A stretch of DNA of 63,440 nucleotides, filler included, from Diploschistes diacapsis (Eukaryota): NCBI GenBank assembly GCA_023645945.1. It is 18 parts of 18 records of this genome, joined end to end, with 100 filler letters (N's around TTAATTAATTAA, not from the genome) between each part and the next. Parts side by side here need not be neighbours in the genome. Positions count along the whole stretch, not along the records: positions 1 to 24,690 come from JALAIB010000232.1; 17 more parts are not named here. One strand, written 5' to 3'. This document shows, piece by piece, positions 12,287 to 23,402 of this stretch (the stretch's first letter is position 1; each line of letters starts with the position of its first letter). Both the position numbers and the translations under genes were made by a program. The notes under the pieces are model-generated. The model made no database searches, was not told the origin of the DNA, and was given only the letters and a program-made list of their open reading frames with translations.

Positions 12287-13466
12287 CTTGGTGAGTTAGG
12301 CTGTAAATGGTGTCTTTGCTGGTTGCTCCAACGCTTTAATGCTAATGGAAGATGCAGTCTGGATTAAGCGGGAAGGGAGCAGGTGTGACTGCTTATATTC
12401 GTTCAATTGATGGCAAAGTGCAGCAGCGATGCGAGTTAGAACAACAGATTGATTGATGTGTTATCGACTGAATAGCAGAAGTGAAGAAGATGCTGTGGGC
12501 CTTGCTTTATAGATATAAAGCAGTGCGATGAACAAACGAGACATTTTCTTAAGGAAGGAGACCTTAGGCAACAAGAGCACCAAACGTCCCCATTGAGGGG
12601 AGATGACTCCAGACTCGAGTCATAATTGTACCAGAAACCGTCAAACAAATTCAGGCAACAGAACTAGTGACAAAGGGGGGCGGGGGGTATGAAAGAGACA
12701 GTCCAGGAACGTTTGTAGAGTAGTTCGTCAAGCGAATTTGCGAGATGCGGCGACAGCGACAGCCCATGGTCCTGGCTCGTAAGCGACGATGTGAGGGCGT
12801 TTGACGACACACAGGACCTCAATTGGCGCATAGTTAAAGAACAAGGTTAATTTGCTGCTTGTTTGCCCAACGGGGACACGGGCGAGGCACCTTCGTGAAT
12901 CTTCCTTCTTAAGAAGTCGAAGGACTTGGGGATGAGGCACAGCGCCAAGGCCTTCAAGTCCCGGCGTTCTGTGCTCATTCAGTCCTGCCTTAGGCAAAAG
13001 AAAGAGGGATTGGCGAACGACATCAAAGAGTCATAATCGTGTTTAAGGGTACCATCATAGGCTGGAGAAAGTAGCTGGTCAAAGTTCTCTTTCCAAAAGG
13101 TACGGGAAAAGTTCAAAGAGAGTTAGTCATCGCTAAGGCCTCTAAGGCCGCAGAAGCCTGATCAGGTCACGTGGACTGGACTAGGAGCTGCTACGCTCGA
13201 GGTGCAGTGGGCGTGTAGAGTGTAGAGTAGGCATCAGTGCGATAAAGGCGCGGTATATCATGCTTTTTGCGGCGCGCATACGCAGACGCATACGGGATGA
13301 AATTGGGAATGAATGAGGAATGGAATTAAGAGTTTGGTGATAGCAGTTAGTAGATAGTAGAAGGTTGTGAATTTTGAGTTGATTTAGTTTTGATATTGTG
13401 GGGCTGAGTACGCACTGTAGCCCTAACCGCCCGCCTACTATTACTAATAACTTATGCCCACCTCTA

Positions 13467-13674
13467 ACGTGTTCCACCAGGAAACGGGTTACACCACGAA
13501 GCGGGTTACAGTCCTTGCACCTTCGTAAAATGGATTTCTTAACATTTTCACCTTTCGTACGATAATTTTATGTGTGGTTGTGGGGCTCAAAAGCTCGCTT
13601 AAAACTATCTAGCGTATCTACATTATAATGAGTAACCCGCTTCGTGGTGTAACCCGTTTCCTGGTGGAACACGT
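13467..13674. mobile_element. 208-bp Fot1/pogo-type MITE with perfect 43-bp TIRs and TA target duplication
   Basis: TA-ACGTGTTCCACCAGGAAACGGGTTACACCACGAAGCGGGTTAC at 13467-13509, exact reverse complement at 13632-13674 followed by TA; internal CGGGTTAC direct repeats in each TIR. Confidence 0.92.
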
Positions 13675-14599
13675 TATACCTTTGTGATTCGATTGCGATT
13701 GCGTAGAATAGTGTAGTGTAGCTATAGTAAAAGCTCCACAGTTAAGCCTTCGGGTTTAACAGCTTATCTCCGTAGTATACCCACAGCCTCAATCACAAAG
13801 TGCCGAAAAAAGAGCCTTTCTACTATTGCTCATATTCCGCCTAAGTTATTTCACTTCAATCGCCTGTGGCTCTAGGCGCACTCTCCGGCTCAGTCCAACA
13901 AGGCACGTACACAGTTGACTGACTGAGCGATTTAGTAGTCAATTAAACCACGCATCGACCGCGGACTTGTGCAGATTATTGCTTCACCTTGCCTTGCCCG
14001 ACTCAGCAGCCGACATGCCTACTTTGCTGCGCTTTGGAGGGCTTTTTTTCTAGGACGCAACACCTCACATTTGTGCCTGACCACCACCGTTGCGTGTGGA
14101 ACACAGTAGCAACTCAACAAGTGCCAGCGGAAGCGGGCTTGTATCGCCATCCCCTACAGTTAAGCATCTCCAGAGCCGAGGCCGTTGAAAGCGCCCAGTA
14201 ACTGGTCTTGAGCCACGTAGCTGCAGGTACTCTACCACCACAGCGGTCCTCACGCGATTGACATACCATCATCATGCTCCTCTGCAGGTCCAAGTCGTTA
14301 GGAACTGGCAGATTACGGCCCGGCCGGTACCCGGGAGGGGTAATACCAAAAATCGACGAAAGATCAAAATTCCCACGCTTCAACGCACACAAGCCTAGGA
14401 GCCCGTGCGACCCAAAGTATTCCTTTCACCCTCCTTCCCCCTGACACTGCATGATGCCGGAGCCCAATACCAAAGTCTGCTCGGTGCTGTGACGTCTTTG
14501 AGTTCCGAGCCTTGAGCATACTGACTAGCCCAATCGAAGGTTCGCTTCTTCGAAAAAGTTTCTTGTACGGATGAAGTAACTGTGGAAACCAGGTACTGA

Positions 14600-17500
14600 T
14601 CATTGCGTCCTGGTTGCTTTTCCAGCCTTGGAAAACTGTGGCACTTTGAACTGCTGCGGTCCTGTCGACGTCCAGCTCGAGTTATTCGCGCGCATCCCCA
14701 ACACCTTCCTTGGCATGTTTTGTGTTTCCTTGAGCTGAGCCATGGTGGTCTTGTGGAACGTGGCAGTAGAGAGAAACCGGCCATGGACCTTATTGCCAGG
14801 CACCAGACTTTCGCTCGACACAGCAGCCTGCTCCTCTGACAGGTCTCCGGTTTCATTGAAGTCTGCCAATGCCGTGCAACTGGGCGAAGAAGCACTCCAG
14901 ACGTGGCGCTTGCGAGAAACACCGCCTTCCGGATCCGTCCTGGAGCGTTTGAGACTGGGACCAGGTCGGACAGAGCGGTTTCTGAGCTCGCCCGGAATTG
15001 ATCCCATTCGTGGACGAGCTACGGTGGCCTCGCTTGCTGGCAGGCCGAAATCACCCAAGACACCTCTACCGTTTCCATTTCGTGTACGAGCGATCGTGTT
15101 CTCGTCGAAATTATCCAACGACGCACTCGGTCGACATGGTTGCACATCGTGAATGCCCCTCTTGGTAAGAACGCTGAAGTGCTCTAACCCGACCTCTGTT
15201 GGCAGCGTTGGTGAAGCCTTCCTTATGCTGCTGTCATAATAGATTTGGGGGGGTACAGATGCCTGCGAAGGGGCAGACCACAGGCTGGTTATTGTTGATT
15301 GTCCTTTTGCTTTCTTTGGGGCTCGCTGGGGTTTCGGCGGCACAAGTCTCTCGAGCGATGACCCGCTTGATAGCGATTCGACCGCTCGGATGTCTTCCCT
15401 CTCCTGCTGAATCTTCAGTTGCGAAGCTGCAGACATGAAACCGCCTACCGGGGTGGACAGATTCTTGTTTGTGTCCACCTGGCGCATGATGTCTCCGCTG
15501 CGCTGAGAAAAGCTTGATTGCCCAATCTCTATGGTCTTTGACGCGTAAGGGACAGTCGATAGCTTTCGTCGCTTATTGTCTGACACCAAAGTCATACCAA
15601 CAGCTTCATTCACATGCGGTCGCAGGACTTCTTGATTTGCACTGCCATCAAGCGGCCACTTGAACTCGTCATCATCGAGATACTGCGTCCTCTTTTCGGC
15701 TTCGATTAAATCATCGTAAGACGGCGGGTCACGTCTTAAGATACTGCATATGTCGAATACTCGGTGCGCATGGATCGATGGTCCTTGATTAAGGAGACAT
15801 GAGCGGACCTCCTTGGTGTCAAGAAACGGCGAAAGTGTGGTTTCATCTCCCCGGGAACTTCTTGTGGGACAACTCAAGTATAGCAGGGCCTGCGCCCTCG
15901 TCATGGCTACGTACAACAGTCTGCGTTCCTCGTCGTGGTCTTCTGCCCTCGAATGGGGTATGGATCCATGGTACACAGACGGAATAAACACAACAGGCCA
16001 TTCCAAACCCTTGGCCGCATGCATGGTTGACAGTGTTATGCTTGGCCGAGGACGGCCCTCCGAGTCTTGTTCTTTCTCGGTCTGGATTTCTGTTGCTAGC
16101 GCAACATTCGAGAGAAACCGTGATAGAGCTTCCTCCGCGGGAACACCGACCTCACGCTGCTCGACATCATCAAGGGTTGGCAACGCATCCATGTCCTCTT
16201 CAAGCGCTTCGGGTCGTGGATCAATATCAGAAGCTTGCACAAGGAGTTCCTCAACATTGGCCCACCTGACATTTTCAGTGTCGTCTGGGTACGTCTTCTC
16301 CAGATACCTCTTGAACTCAAGCCGCTTTATCAGTAGCTCTAGCAGTTCGTAAGGCGACGTGGCCGTCTTTTCTCCATTCAAATTTTTCTTTACAGTTTCT
16401 ATAATGTTGAAGAATGATGCAAGACCGCGTTCAGCTTGCTTGGATATCTTGGTCCTGCACCTTCCTTCACCTCGCACAATATCCTTAATCAGGTCCCATA
16501 ATGGTCTTCCTACATGCGTGGCCTCCTCGAGCAACTCTTTCGTTGTGTCTTTACCCACTCCACGAGGGGGAATGTTGACAATACGGGCAATTGCATCGCT
16601 GTTGCTCGGATGAGCGATGGTTCTTAAGTAGTCAAGCAATATCTTGATTTCCACGCGGTCGAAGAACCTGACGCCGCCAACCATCCGGTATGGCATAGCC
16701 GCATGGCCCATTGCTAGCTCGAGCTGCCGAGATTGGGATGCCGAGCGTATTAGAATCGCAAAGTCTGAAAAATCAAGTACTTTTTCTCCAGTTAGCGCCA
16801 TGCAGCGCTTCATCTCCGCGACAACCCACTGGGCTTCTGCTTCAACCGAGAACAGCATCCTTAGAACAGGGGGCGTCCCTCCGCAATGCGTTGCCTGCAA
16901 GGACTTTTGCGGTCGAGAAGAATCTTGTTCGATAACTTCCTGAGCGGCTTGAAGAATAGCGCCAGACGACCTGTAATTGTCTTCTAGATGAATAACGTGG
17001 ATATCGGGATAGAGATTCCTCATGCGCTCGAGGTTCTTTATCTCCGCCGAGCGCCACCCGTAAATGCTTTGATCTGGATCGCCAACCGTTGTTATTCTTT
17101 TGTTTCGCTGAGCAAACAGACGCATCAGCATAAACTGCACGTTGTTCGTGTCTTGAAACTCGTCGATGAGTACAGCGTCGACGTTCGAAACGCACTCGGG
17201 ATAGGCCGTGAGCAGTTGCACACAAAACGTCAACAAGTCGTCGTAGTCCAAAAGATTGGAAGCCTCAAGGTGGCCCTGGTAGGCTTCATAAACGATTTGA
17301 AATTCTTGCTGATCGACACTCTTTTTCTTGTTCTTTTGTTGAATATCCCAGTAACTTTCGTTCCGAGCCTTGCACTTCGAGATTCTGCTCCTCGCAACGT
17401 TGGCGTCTATGGTAAGCTTGTGACGCTTCATTATGCGGAGAATGATGGCCTTGCTATCGGAAGCATCGACAATGGTGAATCCTTTCCGTAGCCCTATCAA

Positions 17501-17824
17501 CTGTCCGTAGCTGTACAAGTACCGCAGACAGACTGAATGGAATGTCCCAAGTATCAGCTTCGCCTCCATCCCACCGCCAATCTGCTTCGCTATCCTAGCC
17601 TTCATCTCCCTCGCGCTCTTGATGGTAAAGGTCAGACAGACAATGTTCCATGGCCGATACCCTTCGTGCTGCAAGAGCCACGACACTCGGGACGTCAGCG
17701 TCTTCGTCTTGCCGGAGCCGGGCGGAGCCAAAATCTGGACGACCAGAGCGGGCGAGGTGACGGCGCTTTGTTGTGCGGGATTGAGGCCCTCCAGGACGCG
17801 CGACGAGTCGGGAGCGGAGGACAT
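14600..17824 (-). CDS. SRS2: UvrD/PcrA-family SF1 DNA helicase, Srs2 orthologue, 1074 aa
   Basis: LNPAQ Q-motif, APPGSGKT Walker A, TFT, GTFHS, IDEFQDTN, VGDPDQSIYGWRSA, LEDNYRS, STMHAAKGLEW, EERRLLYVAMTRA; long disordered C-terminus. Confidence 0.92.
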   Translation of the reverse strand: MSSAPDSSRVLEGLNPAQQSAVTSPALVVQILAPPGSGKTKTLTSRVSWLLQHEGYRPWNIVCLTFTIKSAREMKARIAKQIGGGMEAKLILGTFHSVCLRYLYSYGQLIGLRKGFTIVDASDSKAIILRIMKRHKLTIDANVARSRISKCKARNESYWDIQQKNKKKSVDQQEFQIVYEAYQGHLEASNLLDYDDLLTFCVQLLTAYPECVSNVDAVLIDEFQDTNNVQFMLMRLFAQRNKRITTVGDPDQSIYGWRSAEIKNLERMRNLYPDIHVIHLEDNYRSSGAILQAAQEVIEQDSSRPQKSLQATHCGGTPPVLRMLFSVEAEAQWVVAEMKRCMALTGEKVLDFSDFAILIRSASQSRQLELAMGHAAMPYRMVGGVRFFDRVEIKILLDYLRTIAHPSNSDAIARIVNIPPRGVGKDTTKELLEEATHVGRPLWDLIKDIVRGEGRCRTKISKQAERGLASFFNIIETVKKNLNGEKTATSPYELLELLIKRLEFKRYLEKTYPDDTENVRWANVEELLVQASDIDPRPEALEEDMDALPTLDDVEQREVGVPAEEALSRFLSNVALATEIQTEKEQDSEGRPRPSITLSTMHAAKGLEWPVVFIPSVYHGSIPHSRAEDHDEERRLLYVAMTRAQALLYLSCPTRSSRGDETTLSPFLDTKEVRSCLLNQGPSIHAHRVFDICSILRRDPPSYDDLIEAEKRTQYLDDDEFKWPLDGSANQEVLRPHVNEAVGMTLVSDNKRRKLSTVPYASKTIEIGQSSFSQRSGDIMRQVDTNKNLSTPVGGFMSAASQLKIQQEREDIRAVESLSSGSSLERLVPPKPQRAPKKAKGQSTITSLWSAPSQASVPPQIYYDSSIRKASPTLPTEVGLEHFSVLTKRGIHDVQPCRPSASLDNFDENTIARTRNGNGRGVLGDFGLPASEATVARPRMGSIPGELRNRSVRPGPSLKRSRTDPEGGVSRKRHVWSASSPSCTALADFNETGDLSEEQAAVSSESLVPGNKVHGRFLSTATFHKTTMAQLKETQNMPRKVLGMRANNSSWTSTGPQQFKVPQFSKAGKATRTQ

Positions 17825-17933
17825 TGTGGGAGATGGAAGCGTTCGGGCACTTCGACGGTCTACATCTTTGACGGGGGAAGCTGGATGGGGGGCTGTGTGA
17901 TGTTAGATTTTTGAACAGTGTAGCGAAAAGTGG

Positions 17934-17939
17934 ACGCGT
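17934..17939. promoter_or_regulatory. MCB-like element (ACGCGT) 110 bp upstream of SRS2
   Basis: Exact MluI cell-cycle box upstream of a DNA-repair gene; function inferred only. Confidence 0.3.
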
Positions 17940-18283
17940 TGTGGGATTCAATCCCCTGTCAGGATGTCCGCACGTAAACACGTGACTGCGTCTCGGGGCC
18001 CTTGGGAATTTAATAAATGCGCTTGGTAACTAACAATCACCGTGTAATATTGATTTGCGATAATCTTATCTCAGGCTATACATGTGTATCTGTTCATTGA
18101 TATATATCACTTATTTATCCAAACGATGTCAAAGCTCGTTGTTTTCAACCTTAGACATATCGCAACCTCGTCCTTGGCATGAAGCTACGGTAGGTTAGAT
18201 AGTGGTTATGAAGAAAAGTGGGATTCAGATTATGTAATACATTATTGTCACCTGATACGAGCGTATGTAGCTTGTATACGCTC

Positions 18284-19546
18284 CTAAATCACCACGTCGT
18301 CATCCACCGTCGGCGGTGCGTCGCCTAAGAAATAGCTCTGCCAGTACTTTGACATCGAGTCATCCCACATGTCGTTATCATCTGTATTACTGTCAAAAGG
18401 CACAACGCCCTGGAAATCCGTCATGTAATAGGGAAGCAAGACTTCCTTTGATATCCCGGACAGAATATGGCGCAACACCCATCGCAATCCGAAGCCTGGC
18501 GATAGGTGATGCTCAGCGCCAGCCCACGGGAGCCAGCTAACCCACAAGGTTCTGAGGTCGCCCTTGTACCCCATCAGCTTGTCCCAGGGGCTCACGCTTT
18601 CATATCCAGCGTTCATTGCCTCCTCTAAGCTTGTGTACCCAAACTCCCTCCAGCGAGGAAACCTATCGTCCAGCTTGCAGTTCCCAAACTCGTAGTCACC
18701 GTTCTCGCAGCCGTTAAGGGGCAAGTCACCGGATATCACGCCCATTCCGCAGTCAAAGGTTGGATATTTGTCATCCCTTGCGGGACTACCGCCAAATTTA
18801 TAGTCAAGAGAAAAGTCTTTATGCTTGTTCCAGCTGTGGTGACGACAGATGGCCTCTGCGGCTCCATATGCGTCCATGGCGTCAAAGCAGGCGGTACAAT
18901 CATCCCAGCAATGGTACCATAGTTTGTCATATGCTTCACTTGGGTCGCCATTCCATGCTAGGTATACTTTCAACGAAGGATGCACTCTAGTAACATTCCA
19001 GGCTACCGTTTGATTGAACAATTCACCAGTTTGGGGGTCCTTTGATTGCACCGTCTTGTATTCAACGGCGGTATCAACCTCTTCGTCGCAGAAAGCGGTC
19101 ATCGGGTCGCCTTTTCGGAGCGGCCCCTCCAGCAGATGCTTGCAGTTCTGTGAGAATCGGTTGTACCTTGAGTTCACCGGAACAGGACGCCGGCTACCGG
19201 GCTTCTTGTGCACGCAGTACCCGTAATCTATTGATTTGGCGAATAGTTTGGTGGTTCTGTCGTTCATCATGAAGCCCCGCTGGATGGGATACTTGTCATC
19301 ATTCCAGAATGGGATTGGCGGCAAGGAATTGTTGGCAGCCCAAGCTATGGCCGTTGCTGCCGGTGGCATTACGGCCTGCTCGGTATGATAGTTTACCGGT
19401 ATGTTGATGTTTCCGTGGCCATAGTTGTCGGGATTGCCAGGGTTGTCCTCTGGAACGCCCATATGCGGCAACTTCCCTGCAGTGCTTATGGTTACCCATT
19501 GAAGAAGCGCGAGGATCGCTGTTAGGGGAAGCAGATTCAAGCGCAT
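18284..19546 (-). CDS. Secreted Cys-rich protein of unknown function, 420 aa
   Basis: Uninterrupted ORF; signal peptide MRLNLLPLTAILALLQWVTISTAG; 10 Cys including CWDDCTAC. Confidence 0.8.
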   Translation of the reverse strand: MRLNLLPLTAILALLQWVTISTAGKLPHMGVPEDNPGNPDNYGHGNINIPVNYHTEQAVMPPAATAIAWAANNSLPPIPFWNDDKYPIQRGFMMNDRTTKLFAKSIDYGYCVHKKPGSRRPVPVNSRYNRFSQNCKHLLEGPLRKGDPMTAFCDEEVDTAVEYKTVQSKDPQTGELFNQTVAWNVTRVHPSLKVYLAWNGDPSEAYDKLWYHCWDDCTACFDAMDAYGAAEAICRHHSWNKHKDFSLDYKFGGSPARDDKYPTFDCGMGVISGDLPLNGCENGDYEFGNCKLDDRFPRWREFGYTSLEEAMNAGYESVSPWDKLMGYKGDLRTLWVSWLPWAGAEHHLSPGFGLRWVLRHILSGISKEVLLPYYMTDFQGVVPFDSNTDDNDMWDDSMSKYWQSYFLGDAPPTVDDDVVI

Positions 19547-20351
19547 GGTTATGGGGGCGTGTTTATGCGTGTGTGTGTATGTGAGAGGAAGCGGAGTAAC
19601 TGTGAGCAGGCTTGCTACTGAGGCCGTGTAAGCAGCATGCAAGTAATGTCTGGGGATTGGAAATCAAAGAGATTCACAGGAAGGTGATATGGATGTCAAG
19701 GTAAGTGAGCTAAAATGCTTCTTCCAAGTACAAAGGCTTTTAATATAGACTAGAGAAGCAAGTGTCTCCTTCATGAAATTTCTTTCTGGTCTGGGGGACT
19801 GTGAAGAAGCTTTGGCAATACAGTGCCCAAAGCGAATATCTTTTTCTCCCAAGCGCACAGACTGGGTGAGGTACCCAAATGTTACAGAGAAAATAGCAGC
19901 GCAATGGCATATCGCGGGTTGCTATACGTTTTATCCATCCTATCTGTTTGCTCAAAACCCTTGAGGATCGGAGAAGTGGGAAATCGTTCTATCCTTTGTT
20001 TATGAGCCCCTAGCTGTCTGGGTATTCGTTCTCCTCATCTTCTATCCCTTGCGTGTGTGTTGACATTGAAGCACTGCGTGAGATACCACAGTCGTTAATT
20101 ATCGGCAGCATGGTTGGTCTGAATCCAGTTTCTGCACTTGATGAATTTCTGTTGCAAACTAGCTATGTTTTCACTTGCTTGAATACTATTTTACCACCAC
20201 CTATAAGGTATGTTTAACTCTCTCTTCGTGCAGACAGATGCTAGCGCCGAATCTATATATTCGCCACCGCTGCCTATAACCAATCTTGCGAGACTCCGCC
20301 TCATTCACTACTGGTCCCCTGGTGCGCTACTAGGTATACCTAGGATATGAA

Positions 20352-20987
20352 TCATCGTCTCTGCGACTTGTTTCCAGGTCCTTCATTCTCCATGTCTCGC
20401 TTCCGCTTTTGACCTGTAGCTTGAACTTTGCTCTTCCCAGGCTTCGAGCTTGTCGTTGGCTCCTGAGGCATCATCTTGTAGTGGGTGGTGATGCGGTATC
20501 GCTTGAGCTCCACTGGCTTGGGCTTGACGCCGTGTAGCTTTGCTAAGTTTGTGTGCAGCTAAAGATAATTAGAACAGAATCGATAATAGAGGAGCTTCGG
20601 GCATTTACCACGACCCATTCGTGTTCGAGTAAGGTGCTCTCCTCTCGGACGGGCACCTTCTTTAGTCTCAAGGAGTTGGCTTGCTGCTTGCCGTGTCTGG
20701 GAGCGTTGGCTTTCGGTGCTCTGTTCATCTTGGAGACTCCGTTGCTTGTGTTCTGCGATAGTCGTTAGACTTAAGCTCGGCATGAGATTAGAGGGGTCGT
20801 TTCTTACCAGTACAATCGTGTCTCTAATGGCACCCTCCGGTTTCGAACCACTTTTTGGGCTGCTTCTTTTCGACTCGGAAGTCGACCTCGACGAACTCGC
20901 CCACCTCGTCTTCTCCTCTGCTCTTGCTGCCCGCTTCATCTTGAGCGTGGCGAGAGCGTTCTGGATGATGGAGCTCCTAGGACTCAT
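20352..20987 (-). CDS. Hypothetical basic low-complexity protein, probably two exons (intron near 20608-20545; acceptor uncertain)
   Basis: 142-codon ORF, GTAAAT donor-like site, and an open downstream exon in either of two acceptor frames. Confidence 0.4.
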
Positions 20988-21824
20988 TTTTATGAAGTCG
21001 AAGCTTGCGTGTAGTGTGGTTGACTACAGATCTGATGTGTTTAGATCTGTAGGTGTGTACCGGTGTACGAATCCTAGGTGCTCTTTACTTCAGGTCTTGA
21101 CTAATGCCTTTTCTGACTCTGGTCGATGCAGTTTTGTGAAGCAAATCACTTGTAAGGTCACGCATATGTGCTATATGTCTTTTGCCTCATAGCAATACTA
21201 ATCTGGACTATAACACCAGTCACTCTAAGACAGGCGACGATTCTATAGTCCATATTGAATAGCCTATTCTGGAACCAAGACCAACAATATTACCCTAACA
21301 ATAGTAACCCGCTGTGCTTTTATAATCCCCAATTTTGGTTAATGTCCGAGCTTCAAATATATGGCAAACTATATTCATAAGTAACAATAGATATTAATCT
21401 ACAAGAATCAGATTAACAGATGATATTATTGTCAATCGGACATGGCTCAATCCTATCTCGAGGGCTCTTTTCAAGTAATGGCAGTCACTGAATGATCTAT
21501 GAGACAGGTACGATATTGTTGTGGTTTTGCATTCTTTACAACTGCTGCATAGACGATACGCCCCTTGGGACGATAAGATGGACTGTTTTAGATCTATCTC
21601 GCGCTTATCTTTTCGAATCCTCACGAAAACTGCAGATGGTGATTTTCCCTAGATTCTAACCGATGCCCGCCCATCGACCAATGTCCATATATCGAGCAAT
21701 CTCAACCACATGGGAGATCCTCGTAATATATTTGCTTCTCGCCCTTCATACGGGCTGCCAACCTGCCTCGTCTACCTTCTGCCGTGGTTCCTGTTGAAGC
21801 TTAATACATGGTGAGATGCCATAA

Positions 21825-23402
21825 TCAGGGGCTCGAGCGCGCCTTTCTGGCTATATAGGTGGCCAAGCTCATCTTCTTGCGCTGCTTTGAGCGAGTGTTA
21901 TGTGCAGGAGAAGAATCATCAGGAGGGGCGGTTGTAGTATTGGTCCTCGGAACAGACGAAGAAGCGCTAGGAGGGGAGCAGGCGGCAGGACAATCGGGAG
22001 AGGGAGGACCGGGAATAAGTGAATCGGCAGCAGGGGCACCCATACCGAAATGAGAAGCCACCGTTGGCAGAGGAATCGAAAGTGGGGAGATCGTCCCAGC
22101 AACGGTCGCCGCTACCACGTGAGCCGCAGAATTTATACGCTGCCTCTTTCGCGGATCCGGGCTCTCCTCCTCCTCCTCCTGCTGCTCTTCCACCTTGCGC
22201 TTCTTACCCGCAGACCTTTCTTTTGGCTCGCGAGTGGATTGATGCCTGAGTGGCTCCGCCGTGGCCTCTTCCGTCGTCTCTTCGGGACTTGGATGATTGC
22301 CCGAATATATAAGCAGAGGATGAGGCTCCTCCCGGGCTTGTAGCACGGGTCCTGAAGGCTCTAATCCTCTGGTGTTGTTGACTTCCGTTTCAGCCACCGG
22401 AGCCAAGCCACTATGCCCAACTCCCTGCCTAGTCGCTCTAGGTTCCTGACGCTTTTCCCGCCCCTCTATCAATTCTTTGGCGAGATAGATCTGAGCCTCT
22501 TCGGTCCCTGTGACTGTTTTGCTAGTCTGTTTCGGCAGCTCATATACACGAGGGGGCGGAGGAGGTCTCAGGCGCCTGCGAGCATTCGGCCTTGATCTCC
22601 GCGGGGCGGGGTCCTGACCTGTCTGGGCTTATATATCTCTTGTGCCAAAGTTCCCACCTGATTTGAAGAAGAATGTTCAACACCGTTGTCGGCGGGCTGC
22701 CTGGCTCCTCTGGTGCGACACTGTCGCTGTAAGGGAGCAAGTGGTGTCCTGTTGGCACCAGATGCGTGGTTGACCCTCCTTGGCCTCTTCGGATCTGGAC
22801 TCTCGTCTCCTTCTTCATACGCACGCCTCTTTCCTCCAGTGCTTGCCTTGCATCCTAGAGGTTCGGGCCCTCTAGCTCTGTTGATACTTCTCCTGCCTGG
22901 ATACTTGTTCTCCTTATCAGAATCCCAGCCAGATTCTCTGTGATGGGTCACTCTATTCCGTGCTCTCTCCGGTTTATGGGGCGCAAGAGAACTGTTGCCT
23001 TTATTCTTATCCACAGCTCCATCTTCGATAGCCTTCTCTCTCATGTTCGCGTTTTGGGTAGGCCGGTCCTATTACCGAGTCAGGATTTTTCATGCCGATG
23101 CAGGCGAGATGGCATACCTTTTCATATTCGGCGATCTGCCTTCCTTCCCACATCCTATCAACACCCTCCCTCCTTGCCTGCTCTCGCCGAAATGTCTGAT
23201 CACGTTGTGCACTCGCGAATATCTGCGACAGCTCCCCGGGACCCTGCGTCAGCCCAGTAAATAGTACGCGCGTTGCCGTACTTGAATTCTGCATCGCGCG
23301 TCTGAATCGGGCTTCCTGAAGTTCCTGTCGTAGTTGAACTAGTTCGCGTAGAACTCCTCGACGTCTTTCGTCTTTCTGCCTCTTGGTGCGGCTGTGGTCC
23401 AT
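21825..23402 (-). CDS. Hypothetical disordered multi-exon protein with repeated ESPDP-basic motif (exon structure uncertain)
   Basis: Three consecutive - strand ORFs (23007-23429, 22568-23044, 21825-22472) with intron-like GTACGG...CTGACGCAG signals; GKRR..ESPDPKRPRRVN and GKKRK..ESPDPRKRQRIN. Confidence 0.45.
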
